Positions 28,031-37,355 of a stretch of DNA of 64,000 bases are shown here, in pieces. This DNA is from Acidobacteriota bacterium (GTDB taxonomy: Bacteria; Acidobacteriota; Thermoanaerobaculia; Gp7-AA8), in contig JAOBAU010000337.1 in assembly GCA_025463165.1 (NCBI GenBank), forward strand, positions 1,073-65,072, read 5' to 3'. The first letter of the stretch is position 1. The number at the start of each line of letters is the position of its first letter. Position numbers and translations under genes: made by a program. Under the pieces are notes generated by a model. That model saw only the letters and a list, made by a program, of their open reading frames with translations, did no database searches and was not told the DNA's origin.

Positions 28031-30274
28031 TCAGTTTACACCGCTTCGGCGGCGGCGAACGATGACGAGCGCGACGATGCAGGCAAGCGTCGCGAAGCTG
28101 ATGGCGCGTCCGGCGACGAACGATTCCGGCAGGTACGTGAGGCGAACGGAGTGCCGTCCGTGCGGAAGGTGGACGCCGAGAAATGCGTGGTTGGCGAGCT
28201 GGTAGCGAATGCGACGGCCGTCGACGTACGCGCGCCAGCCGTTCCACGCGGTTTGGGAAACGACGATCCAGCCGTCGCGTTCCATGTCGGCGTCGATGCG
28301 CCAGCCGAGCGTGCGCCGCTTCATCGACACGATCGTCCCCGGTCCGTTGTCGCGTTCGTGCGATGGGACGTCGGCAGCGAGCCACGAACGTTCGCCGAAA
28401 TCGGTCGCGCTCTGCATCTCCGCGAGCTCGTTTGGTGCATTGATGCGAACGTGTTTGGGGATGAATGCACGCGGGAGTGCGGCGGGATTTTCGATGAGCC
28501 GGCCGGTGCGATCGGCGGCCACTTCGCGCCAGCCGGGCGGAATCGGATCGCTCGCCTTCGTCAGCGCGAAGCGGACGTTCATCATCGCGAGGAACGGACG
28601 GGAGAGATCGTCGACGCGGTTGAACCACGGACCGATCCGCGCGCACCAGAGCGGATACGTTTCGGCGAGCGGACGAAAGGTCATCGCTTCGTAGCCGCGC
28701 GCGTCTTCGAGTCCGTAAAGCGTGGCGGTGTTCGGGAGGAAGGTCATGCCAGTGCCGACGATACGGAACGGCTCGCGGATGTCGGCGAGTGGCGCGAGAA
28801 TCGCGATCTTCGGGTAGGCGGCATCGCGTGCGTTCGCGGGATAAAGGAAGCCTTGTTCGAGCGTTCGCTGGATGAGGAGCGCGGCGAGGAGGATTCCCCC
28901 TTTACGCGGCATGAGCGCGACGGCGGCGAGCGGTGCTAATTCTGCGAAGAGGCGCAAGGATGCCCATGAGGGTGCGTCGTTGAGCACAAAACGGTTGGCG
29001 ACGAGGCTGGCGGCGCCGATGACAAGCAGCGCGATGACAAAAACAAAACGCGGCGCGTCGTCGCGTGCCGCAAGTGCGGCGAGCATCACGAGGCAAAACG
29101 CCGCCGCGAATGCGAGCCGCTCGTTGAGCGCGACGTCGAACAACGGCAGCGCATGCAACACCGTCGAGACCGGCGGCGCCTTGAGCGCGGCGAGCGCGCA
29201 AACGACGAACGCAATCGTGAAGAACCACTTCTCGCGCGAGCGGATCGTGAACGCACCGAGCAGCGCCAGCACGACGACAATGCTTCCCACCGCCATCCGC
29301 TCGTTTGGCAGATTGCGCAGCGCCGGCGCGCGCCACGTTCGTCCTTCGAGGAACGGAAAGAGATCGACCGCGGCACCGGCAGCGATTCGTTCGATGCGAT
29401 CGCTGCGCGCCGACGTCGCGTACACACGCTGACGAAACGCATGCTCCTCCGTCTGGCGCAACGCGTCGATCACCGGGAGCAGGTAGATCGCGGAGAGAGC
29501 CAGCGCGACGATTCCCGACACGATCGCGGTCACCGCCGCGCGCCGGCGATCGCTCGCAATCCACAACTCGAACACGCCATACGCCGCGCCGAACGCGATG
29601 ACATGCAGCAGCGACTCCGGATGTCCGCTCAGCGTCGCCAGCGTCAGCACGAGCATCAACAACATGCTGTTCGCGAACGACGGCGTGCGCACCGTTCGTC
29701 GTGTCGCGAGCAACAACGACGGCAGCAGCGCCCACGTCGCGCCGAGCGGCCACATCGCGAACGTCGACACAGGCGTCGACAACATCCAGCCGATCGCCGC
29801 GAAGAGCGCCGCCGCTTCACCGCATCCGAGCTCCGCGGCGAAGAGAAACGCGCCAAGCGACGCGAGAAACAACGTCAGATATGTCGAGATGTTGAAGCTC
29901 TCCGCCGCCGGCAGCAAACAGGCGATCCACGTGATGGGGCTGTACGCCGCCGGCTGCGCGGCCGCCGCGAGAATGTCGCCGCCGAGAATCGAGCGATTGA
30001 CCAGCGGCCACTCGCGATGCGCGAGCGATTCGCGCACCGCCGCCCGCCACGGAATCATCTGAAATGCGACGTCGAGCAGCACGCCGTTGTGCATCCCTCC
30101 GACGCCATTCGCATTCTTCATCCCGTGGAGTGGCTCGGTCATGTACGCCATCTCGATCGGCGCGACGAGCCGTCCGGTGAGCACTGCGCGGCCGGTCATC
30201 GCCAGAGGCAGAAACGCGAGCGCGATGAGGATTCGCGCGCGCGGCCGGCGGTGACATGATTCGCTCGTGCGCAT
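28031..30274 (-). CDS. YfhO-like polytopic membrane protein (putative GT-C glycosyltransferase)
   Basis: About 12 TM helices in the N-terminal two-thirds, a soluble C-terminal domain and a final TM AISFATLACIVALVIV, matching YfhO topology. Start ATG at 30274 or 30199. Confidence 0.55.
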   Translation of the reverse strand: MRTSESCHRRPRARILIALAFLPLAMTGRAVLTGRLVAPIEMAYMTEPLHGMKNANGVGGMHNGVLLDVAFQMIPWRAAVRESLAHREWPLVNRSILGGDILAAAAQPAAYSPITWIACLLPAAESFNISTYLTLFLASLGAFLFAAELGCGEAAALFAAIGWMLSTPVSTFAMWPLGATWALLPSLLLATRRTVRTPSFANSMLLMLVLTLATLSGHPESLLHVIAFGAAYGVFELWIASDRRRAAVTAIVSGIVALALSAIYLLPVIDALRQTEEHAFRQRVYATSARSDRIERIAAGAAVDLFPFLEGRTWRAPALRNLPNERMAVGSIVVVLALLGAFTIRSREKWFFTIAFVVCALAALKAPPVSTVLHALPLFDVALNERLAFAAAFCLVMLAALAARDDAPRFVFVIALLVIGAASLVANRFVLNDAPSWASLRLFAELAPLAAVALMPRKGGILLAALLIQRTLEQGFLYPANARDAAYPKIAILAPLADIREPFRIVGTGMTFLPNTATLYGLEDARGYEAMTFRPLAETYPLWCARIGPWFNRVDDLSRPFLAMMNVRFALTKASDPIPPGWREVAADRTGRLIENPAALPRAFIPKHVRINAPNELAEMQSATDFGERSWLAADVPSHERDNGPGTIVSMKRRTLGWRIDADMERDGWIVVSQTAWNGWRAYVDGRRIRYQLANHAFLGVHLPHGRHSVRLTYLPESFVAGRAISFATLACIVALVIVRRRRSGVN

Positions 30275-31043
30275 TGCCCAGCTTCTCCTTCCCGGCGCAT
30301 CGGAGTACGAGCGCAAATCGCAGCGGATCGACGCCGCGGCGCTGACCGCCGCCGGCTTCGAGCTCACCAGTGAAAACGAGGCAGACGTCGCGCACGTCTA
30401 CGGTCCCGATCCGCTCCCCGCTCTCCGCAAACTTCGCATCCCGTTCGTGGCGAACGCCCGGCCACGAAACAGCTGGTGGTTTCGCGCGCCCGAACCGGCC
30501 GCCGTCATCTCACCATTGAAAGACTCCGCGCACTTCGTCCCGGAGGCAATCGACGATCTCTACTTCGCCGAGCGCATCCCTCGCCCACCCGACGGCCGCT
30601 ATCGCCTCGGCAGTACGCATCGCGCCGGCATTCACCAAATCATCGACCTGACTTTGCACCGGCTGCATCGATTTCGCGACGATATCGACTGGCTTATCTT
30701 CGATCATCCGCCAACGCTGGATGAGCTTGGCGGCCTCGACGCGTGGGTCGATCCCGCCGCGGCGAGCACCGACTTCGACGGCTTCGTCGCCGAGGCGCTC
30801 GCCGCGGGACTCGCGGTCGTCGCGACGCGCACTGCCATCAATTTGCAGCGGACGGAAAAAGGTCGGACCGCGCTGTTGGTACCGTACGATCCGAACGAGC
30901 TCACTCATGCGATACTAGCCGCCCTGTTCAAGGCCGAGGTCCACCGTCCCAGGATCGACGCGGCGCGACAGACCATCTCGAAGTTCCGCGCGAAACACCG
31001 GGTCCGAACCCTCGCGCGGATCTACGAAAACCTGGGCCAATGA
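30267..31043 (+). CDS. Glycosyltransferase family 4-like (short or degenerate N-terminal domain)
   Basis: C-terminal GT4 signature FVAEALAAGLAVVATRTAINLQRTEKGRTALLVPYDPNELTHAILAAL. GTG start at 30267 overlaps the divergent YfhO start, so boundaries are uncertain. Confidence 0.5.
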   Translation: MRIAQLLLPGASEYERKSQRIDAAALTAAGFELTSENEADVAHVYGPDPLPALRKLRIPFVANARPRNSWWFRAPEPAAVISPLKDSAHFVPEAIDDLYFAERIPRPPDGRYRLGSTHRAGIHQIIDLTLHRLHRFRDDIDWLIFDHPPTLDELGGLDAWVDPAAASTDFDGFVAEALAAGLAVVATRTAINLQRTEKGRTALLVPYDPNELTHAILAALFKAEVHRPRIDAARQTISKFRAKHRVRTLARIYENLGQ

Positions 31044-32281
31044 CCGATTTCTCCGATCTCCCCAACCCGCAGCGGCGTGCTCTCGATCTCGTCCGGGAAG
31101 TCGCGGCCGAAAAGGAATGCCGCCCATATCTCGTCGGCGGTCCTGTCCGCGATCTCCTCCTCGGCCGTCACTCCATCGATGTCGACGTCACCCTCGAGGA
31201 CGGCAGCTCCACGCTTGCACGCGCGCTCGCAAAACGGCTCAACGGCCGCGTGCGCTCGTTCCCGCAGTTCCTGACGTACAAAGTGTCCGCGGAGGGATTG
31301 CCGGAAATCGACATCGCCACCGCGCGAAAAGAGCGCTATCGCAAACCGGGCGCGCTGCCGACCGTCACCGCCGGCCGGCTGAAGGACGATCTGCTGCGCC
31401 GCGACTTCTCCATGAACGCGCTGGCGATGGATCTCGTCACCGGCTCGATGCATGATCCTGCACACGGCGAGCAGGATATCCGCACCGGTGTGATCCGCGT
31501 CCTGCACGATCAAAGCTTCCTCGACGACCCGACGCGCATCTTTCGCGCGCTCCGTTTCGCCGGCCGCCTCGGCTTCACGCTCGATCCGCATACCGATGCG
31601 CTGCTTCGCGTCGCCATCGCCGGCGGCGCGCTCGGCTTCATCTCGCGCGAACGCATCTGGCGTGAGCTCTTCCTCGCGATGGAAGAAGAAGGTGCGCCGA
31701 AAGTACTGACAATGCTCCGCGGCTCAGGCGCCCTCGACGTGCTCTTCGGCGAGAGCGGCGGCCAGCCGCCGTCGGCAGCGCTGCTCGAACAGGTTCGCGA
31801 TCAGGTCGCGTCGAATCCGGAGCTCGATCGCGAAGTGCTTTACACCGCGGCGCTGCTGCATGGAACGGAGCCGACCGTCGCACAACTCGAAGGCTCCGGC
31901 TTCTCACAGAAGCGCGCACGCAACGTGCTGCAGATCGCACGCGAGCTGCCGCGCTACGAGCGCGCTCTCGCCGAACTCGTTTCCGATCGCCAGCGCTTCC
32001 GCCTCTACAAGAGCGTGTCGCGCGAGCTGCTCAGCATTCTTTCGGCGCGTCGTCCCGAGGAACAGGAGCACGTCGCGCGCTATCACGACTACGTGAAGTT
32101 CAAGCTTCCGCTGCGCGGAAACGATCTCGAAGTGCCGCTCGGACCGCACGTCGCGAAGGCGCTGGAGCGGACGCGCGAAGCGGTGTTCAGCGGCGAGATC
32201 GATGCGGGTGAAGCGCGCTCGTTTGCGCGCGAGATGGCGATCAAGTACCTTAGCCACGAACAGCCATCCGACTCGAAATGA
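31040..32281 (+). CDS. cca: tRNA nucleotidyltransferase (CCA-adding enzyme)/poly(A) polymerase family
   Basis: LVGGPVRDLLLGRHSIDVDV head-domain motif, plus RRDFSMNALA. ATGA overlap with upstream gene. Confidence 0.8.
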   Translation: MTDFSDLPNPQRRALDLVREVAAEKECRPYLVGGPVRDLLLGRHSIDVDVTLEDGSSTLARALAKRLNGRVRSFPQFLTYKVSAEGLPEIDIATARKERYRKPGALPTVTAGRLKDDLLRRDFSMNALAMDLVTGSMHDPAHGEQDIRTGVIRVLHDQSFLDDPTRIFRALRFAGRLGFTLDPHTDALLRVAIAGGALGFISRERIWRELFLAMEEEGAPKVLTMLRGSGALDVLFGESGGQPPSAALLEQVRDQVASNPELDREVLYTAALLHGTEPTVAQLEGSGFSQKRARNVLQIARELPRYERALAELVSDRQRFRLYKSVSRELLSILSARRPEEQEHVARYHDYVKFKLPLRGNDLEVPLGPHVAKALERTREAVFSGEIDAGEARSFAREMAIKYLSHEQPSDSK

Positions 32282-33123
32282 TCGCGCAACCGCAGCGCAG
32301 CTCCACGTTCGCCGCCATCGCATTCGCGATCTTCCTCCCCTCCTCTTCAGCGCTCGCGCAGGTTCCCGAAGCGCCGAAGGACGAGCCGCCGCACGACATC
32401 AACATGGTCGATGAAGCGCCGATCAGCGGCGCAATCGCGGTGCCGATCACGGAGCGCGATCGGAAGCGGCTGCGGAAGTACGAGATCCCGGAGCTGGTCG
32501 GCAGCCGTCAGGCGCTCGGCTCGCAGCTCATCGACGGCGAGCTGCCGAAGCCGATCGTGGACTATCGCGTCCATTCGAGCGACGTCGATCAGCGCCTCTC
32601 GATTTTCGAAGGCGGCCTCGTCGTCATCAACATCACCGGCGCCGGCGCGACGATGCGCAAGAAAGTGATCATTCCGGCCGATGCGCTGCACAACTACCTC
32701 GTGAAGTTGTCGCCGGATGCGCTGCAGATGATGGCGCAGCGCGAGCTCGTCGATCCGGCGCGCAACCGTCGCGGCTCGCTGCGGATTTACGACGGCGAGC
32801 ATCAGCCGGTGGAACGGCTGTTCGATCCGATGTCGGCGCTGCCGAAACCGCTCGCCGATCTGGTCCTGCCGCTCGACGATCTGCTGCGCGCCATCACCGA
32901 GGATCGGACGGTGACGAACAGCGTGGCGAAGTACGAACCGCGGGTCGGCGATCGTCTCGTCGGCGACGATCAGAAGATCTATCGCATCGACCGCGTCAAA
33001 GGCGAAGGCGAAGACGCCGTCGTTCTGCTGCACTGCGAAGGGCAGCCGACGTCGATGTACATCGCGAAGAAAGACCTCGCGAACTACTTCATCGGCAAGC
33101 CGCGAGGGACGACGAAGGAATGA
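32278..33123 (+). CDS. Hypothetical secreted protein
   Basis: Signal peptide MIAQPQRSSTFAAIAFAIFLPSSSALA. ATGA overlap with cca. Confidence 0.55.
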   Translation: MIAQPQRSSTFAAIAFAIFLPSSSALAQVPEAPKDEPPHDINMVDEAPISGAIAVPITERDRKRLRKYEIPELVGSRQALGSQLIDGELPKPIVDYRVHSSDVDQRLSIFEGGLVVINITGAGATMRKKVIIPADALHNYLVKLSPDALQMMAQRELVDPARNRRGSLRIYDGEHQPVERLFDPMSALPKPLADLVLPLDDLLRAITEDRTVTNSVAKYEPRVGDRLVGDDQKIYRIDRVKGEGEDAVVLLHCEGQPTSMYIAKKDLANYFIGKPRGTTKE

Positions 33124-33133
33124 CCGCGCGCTG

Positions 33134-33685
33134 ATGCCCGCGCTTCGCATCACCGCCGGAACGCTCCGCGGTCGCCGCGTTCCCGTTCCTCTGCGCGACG
33201 TCCGTCCGACTTCCGAGCGCGCTCGCCAGGCGTTCTTCGACATCATCGGCACGCGCATCAACGGCGCGCGCTTTCTCGATCTCTTCGCCGGCAGCGGCAT
33301 CTTCTCGTTCGAAGCGGTATCGCGCGGCGCGGCGTCGGCGACGGCCGTCGATCAATCTCGAAAGAATGCGGCGGAGATCGAGCGCGTCGCCGCCGAGTTT
33401 CATGCCGACGTAAAGCCGGTCGTATCCGATGCGCTGACGGCCGCGCGCCGCGTCGATGGAACGTTCGACGTCATCTACGCCGATCCGCCGTATGACTGGG
33501 ATCGATACGATGAGCTGCTCGGCGCGATCGATCGCGGCTATCCGCTCGATGACGATGCGATCGTCGCCATCGAGCATCGCCGCAACACCACTCCCTTCAC
33601 CGCCGAAACGACGCGGCTGCAATTCGAGCGGCGCGCGGAGTACGGCGAGGTCTGGATCAGTTTCTGGGAACGCACTCCGCAATAG
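33134..33685 (+). CDS. rsmD: 16S rRNA (guanine966-N2)-methyltransferase RsmD
   Basis: SAM motif LDLFAGSG and DPPY motif, 183 aa. Confidence 0.85.
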   Translation: MPALRITAGTLRGRRVPVPLRDVRPTSERARQAFFDIIGTRINGARFLDLFAGSGIFSFEAVSRGAASATAVDQSRKNAAEIERVAAEFHADVKPVVSDALTAARRVDGTFDVIYADPPYDWDRYDELLGAIDRGYPLDDDAIVAIEHRRNTTPFTAETTRLQFERRAEYGEVWISFWERTPQ

Positions 33686-33707
33686 CGAAGGCAGAGAAGG
33701 ACAATTG

Positions 33708-34682
33708 ATGGAACTCACGTTAGACGAACAGGGCTCGCACGTACTCTTCGGCAACCACGACGAAAACCTCCGAATGCTCGAGGATGCGTTCGACGTGAAG
33801 ATCTCTTCGCGCGGCAACGAGGTCTTCGTCCAGGGAGCGGCCGATCGCGCGGCGGCAGTCGAAAAGCTGCTCAGCGAAATGCAGCAGCTCATCGAGCAGG
33901 GATATCCGCTCAAACGCTCCGACGTCGCCACCGGCGTGCGCGTACTGCGTGATCGTCCGGAAGCGAACCTCGTCGATTTCTTCACCGACGATTCAATCGC
34001 GCCGGCGGTGAAGCGCGCCGTCACGCCGCGCAACATGGCGCAGAAGCTCTACCTGCAATCGATCCAGGATTTCGACATCACGTTCGCCATCGGACCGGCC
34101 GGCACCGGCAAGACGTTTCTCGCCGTCGCCGTCGCCGCCGCCGCGCTCGCGGAGCGCAGCGTGAAGCGCGTCATCCTCTGCCGGCCGGCGGTCGAAGCGG
34201 GCGAGCGCCTCGGCTTCCTTCCCGGCGACATCGCCGAGAAAGTGAATCCGTACCTCCGTCCGCTCTATGACTCGCTCTACGACATCATCGGTATCGAGAA
34301 GGTCGAGAAGATGATGGAGAAGAACGTGATCGAGATCGCGCCGCTGGCGTTCATGCGCGGCCGCACACTCAACGACGCATTCATCATTCTCGATGAAGCG
34401 CAGAACACGACTCCCGAGCAGATGAAGATGTTCCTCACCCGCCTCGGCTTCGGCTCGAAAGCGGTCGTCACCGGCGACGTGACGCAGGTCGATCTGCCGG
34501 AAGGGAAAAAATCGGGACTGCGCGAGGCGCGGCTGATTCTCGACGGCGTCGAAGGTATCAAGTTCTTCGACTTCAACGAGCGCGACGTCGTCCGCCACCC
34601 GCTCGTTGCCAAGATCGTCGTCGCCTACGACAAGGTCGACAAAGCGAACGCCGCGGCGAAATCAGCGGCGGCGAGATTCTGA
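33708..34682 (+). CDS. phoH: PhoH family ATPase
   Basis: Walker A GPAGTGKTF and conserved RPAVEAGERLGFLPGD. Confidence 0.9.
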   Translation: MELTLDEQGSHVLFGNHDENLRMLEDAFDVKISSRGNEVFVQGAADRAAAVEKLLSEMQQLIEQGYPLKRSDVATGVRVLRDRPEANLVDFFTDDSIAPAVKRAVTPRNMAQKLYLQSIQDFDITFAIGPAGTGKTFLAVAVAAAALAERSVKRVILCRPAVEAGERLGFLPGDIAEKVNPYLRPLYDSLYDIIGIEKVEKMMEKNVIEIAPLAFMRGRTLNDAFIILDEAQNTTPEQMKMFLTRLGFGSKAVVTGDVTQVDLPEGKKSGLREARLILDGVEGIKFFDFNERDVVRHPLVAKIVVAYDKVDKANAAAKSAAARF

Positions 34683-35113
34683 TGAATGTCGAAGTGACCG
34701 GCGGCGCGATCCCCCGCTTCAGCCGCCGCGAGATCATGGCGTTCACGCGCAAGGTGCTGATCGCGGTCGACCAGCGCGACCGCGACGTCTCCATCGCCTT
34801 CGTCGACGACGAATCGATGAAGACGCTCAATCGGCAGTTCCGCAAAAAGAACAAGACGACGGACGTCCTGACGTTCCCCGCCGATGACTCCTACGCCGAT
34901 CCCGCCAACAAAAACCGCCCGCTCGGCGACATCGTCATCTCGCTCGAACAAGCCCGCCGCCAGGCCGCGGACGAAAAGCATTCGCTGGCGACCGAAGTCC
35001 GCTACCTGATCCTGCACGGAGTCATTCACGCGCTCGGCTACGACCACGAGACGGATGACGGCGAGATGAACGCGCTGGAGGTGAAAGTGCGAGGGAAGGT
35101 GGGGCTGGAGTGA
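34682..35113 (+). CDS. ybeY: rRNA maturation endoribonuclease YbeY
   Basis: HGVIHALGYDH zinc motif. One-nucleotide stop/start overlap with phoH. Confidence 0.9.
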   Translation: MNVEVTGGAIPRFSRREIMAFTRKVLIAVDQRDRDVSIAFVDDESMKTLNRQFRKKNKTTDVLTFPADDSYADPANKNRPLGDIVISLEQARRQAADEKHSLATEVRYLILHGVIHALGYDHETDDGEMNALEVKVRGKVGLE

Positions 35114-35218
35114 CGGCGATCGAGGAAAAACGTGCGCCGAGCCTTGGGCAACCTGCGCGCCGGCCCGTGGCCGGTTGGCCCGAAATGACCGATCATCGTC
35201 CCAGCACCGTAGCGCGCG

Positions 35219-35794
35219 GTGCGTACGATGCTGGCCATGAACGACGCAAACACCGCACTTCTCGTCATTGACGTTCAGGACTCCTTCAAGGTCGGCGCGA
35301 ACTGGTCGCGGCGCAGCTCGCCCCGTTTTGAGGAAAACATCTCCGCTCTCATTCGCGAGTTTCGCGAGAGCGGGCGGCCGATCTTCTTCATCCTGCACAT
35401 CGACAACGATCCCGGTTTTCGGCGCGGCGACGCGGAGCTGAAGCTCATGGACTTCGTCGACTTCCGCGAAGGCGATCCGCTCCTCTGCAAAACGACGCGC
35501 AACGCGTTCACGAGCACCGATCTGCAGGCGCGGCTCGATGCGCTCGGCGTCCGGCGCGTCGTCATCACCGGAATCCAGACCGAGCAGTGTTGCGAAACGA
35601 CGGCCCGGGTGGCCGCCGATCTCGGATATGAGGTCGATTTCGTCACCGAGGCGACGATGACGTTTCCGATCGCGCATGATGGCGACGTGTTGTCGACGGA
35701 TGAGATCATTCGCCGGACGGAGTTCGTGCTTCGCAATCGTTTCGCGCGCATCGTCACAACGGAAGAGCTGACGGGGGCGTTATCGGCGACGTAG
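35219..35794 (+). CDS. Isochorismatase-family cysteine hydrolase
   Basis: ALLVIDVQ…ITGIQTEQCCETTARVAADLGY. Alternative starts at 35228 or 35237. Confidence 0.8.
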   Translation: MRTMLAMNDANTALLVIDVQDSFKVGANWSRRSSPRFEENISALIREFRESGRPIFFILHIDNDPGFRRGDAELKLMDFVDFREGDPLLCKTTRNAFTSTDLQARLDALGVRRVVITGIQTEQCCETTARVAADLGYEVDFVTEATMTFPIAHDGDVLSTDEIIRRTEFVLRNRFARIVTTEELTGALSAT

Positions 35795-35841
35795 TTTTTC
35801 TCCTCCTGCCGGAGGTCGAGCTGCTCGACGTCGCCGGACCG

Positions 35842-36705
35842 ATGCAGGCGTTTCATGAGACGCGCCGCTACAAGGTCCGGAGCTGTTCGACGCGCGATCG
35901 CATTCGCACCGATCAGGGGCTGTGGCTGGCCGACCTCGAGCCGCTCCCCGACGTCGGCGAAGGCGACATCGTCGTCGTCCCCGGCATGCCCTTCGCGGCG
36001 ACGTCACGCGTCGACCGCGCCGCCGTTCGATGGCTCAAAACGTCCGCCGATCGCGGCGCGGAGATCACCTCCGTCTGCACCGGCGCCTTCATCCTCGGCT
36101 ACGCCGGACTGCTCGACGGCCGCCGCTGCACGACGCACTGGTCGCGCACGACCGAGCTCGCGCGACTCTTCCCCGCCGCGCGCGTGCTGACCAATCGTCT
36201 CTTCATCAGCGACGGCGCGATCACGACGAGCGCCGGCATCGCGTCGGGCATCGACATGGCGCTGGCCATCATCGAACGTCGCGATGGTCCGCTCGCCGCG
36301 GCCACCGTCGCGCGTGAGATGGTCGTCTACATCCGCCGCGACGGCGCGCACGATCAGGAAAGCGTCTATCTCGATTACCGAACGCACCTGCAGCCGGGCA
36401 TTCATCGCGTGCAGGACGCCCTGACGCGCAATCCCGGCGAGAAGTCGTCGCTCGATTCGCTGGCGTCGCTGGCCGGGATGAGCACGCGCAACCTCACGCG
36501 TGTCTTTCGCCAGTCGACCGGCATCTCGATCAAGGAGTTCACGACGCGCGTACGGCTGGAGCTCGCCCGAAGTCTGCTGCACGATCCGACCACCACGATC
36601 GAAGCGATCGCGAACGCGTGCGGTTTCGAATCGGCGCGTCAGTTCCGGCGCGTCTGGAGCGACGCGCACGGCGTTCCGCCATCGATTACGATGCGCGGCG
36701 CATGA
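35842..36705 (+). CDS. AraC-family transcriptional regulator with N-terminal DJ-1/PfpI-like domain
   Basis: SVCTGAFILGYAGLLDG (DJ-1 nucleophile elbow) and a C-terminal AraC HTH. The reading frame is open upstream to about 35791 (VVFLLLPEVELLDVAGP), so the true start is probably a non-ATG codon upstream of 35842. Confidence 0.75.
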   Translation: MQAFHETRRYKVRSCSTRDRIRTDQGLWLADLEPLPDVGEGDIVVVPGMPFAATSRVDRAAVRWLKTSADRGAEITSVCTGAFILGYAGLLDGRRCTTHWSRTTELARLFPAARVLTNRLFISDGAITTSAGIASGIDMALAIIERRDGPLAAATVAREMVVYIRRDGAHDQESVYLDYRTHLQPGIHRVQDALTRNPGEKSSLDSLASLAGMSTRNLTRVFRQSTGISIKEFTTRVRLELARSLLHDPTTTIEAIANACGFESARQFRRVWSDAHGVPPSITMRGA

Positions 36706-37355
36706 CGCCCCGCATCAAGATCTGCTGCATCGCCAGCGTCGACGAAGCGCGCATGGCCATTGATGCCGGCGCATCCGCGCTGGGACTCGTATCGCGGATG
36801 CCGAGCGGTCCCGGTGTCATCGATGAAGCGGCCATCGCGGCGATCGCCGATCGTGTCCCGCCGCCGATCGCGACGTTCCTGCTGACCTGCGAACAGGAAG
36901 CGAGCGCGATCATCGCGCAGCAGCGCCGCTGCCGCACCAACACAATCCAGATTTGCGATCGGCTCGAGCGCGGCACGTACCGCGAGCTGCGCGACGCGCT
37001 TCCCGGCATCGCTATCGTCCAGGTCGTCCACGTGCGCGGCGAGGAGTCGATCGACGAAGCGCGCCGCGTCGCGGAAGAGGTCGACGCCATCCTGCTCGAC
37101 TCCGGTAATCAGTCGCTGGCGGTGAAAGAGCTCGGCGGCACCGGCCGGACGCACGACTGGACGATCAGCGCGCGGATTCGCGAAGCGATCTCCGTCCCGC
37201 TCTTTCTCGCAGGCGGCCTGAACGCGCAGAACGTCGCCGAAGCGATCCGCATCGTGCAGCCGTTCGGACTCGATCTCTGCAGCAGCGTGCGAACGAACGG
37301 CGCGCTCGATGAGGTGAAGCTGCGCGCGTTCATCGCCGCCGCTACTTCCGCGTGA
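36702..37355 (+). CDS. trpF: Phosphoribosylanthranilate isomerase
   Basis: MTPRIKICCIAS…LFLAGGLN. ATGA overlap with the AraC gene. Confidence 0.8.
   Translation: MTPRIKICCIASVDEARMAIDAGASALGLVSRMPSGPGVIDEAAIAAIADRVPPPIATFLLTCEQEASAIIAQQRRCRTNTIQICDRLERGTYRELRDALPGIAIVQVVHVRGEESIDEARRVAEEVDAILLDSGNQSLAVKELGGTGRTHDWTISARIREAISVPLFLAGGLNAQNVAEAIRIVQPFGLDLCSSVRTNGALDEVKLRAFIAAATSA

Noticed and set aside
30743-31039. N-terminal extensions of track ORFs, such as the cca ORF starting at 30743. Others are the phoH ORF at 33456, the secreted protein ORF at 38525, and ORFs extending to 38709, 60816, 63010, 16405 and 22968.
   Set aside because: The extensions are low-complexity and overlap upstream genes. 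Conserved N-termini, signal peptides or RBSs identify the downstream Met as the start.
35114-35218. Partial palindrome gccggccc…ggccggttggcc after ybeY, as a possible terminator.
   Set aside because: Imperfect stem and no T-tract. Too weak to call.
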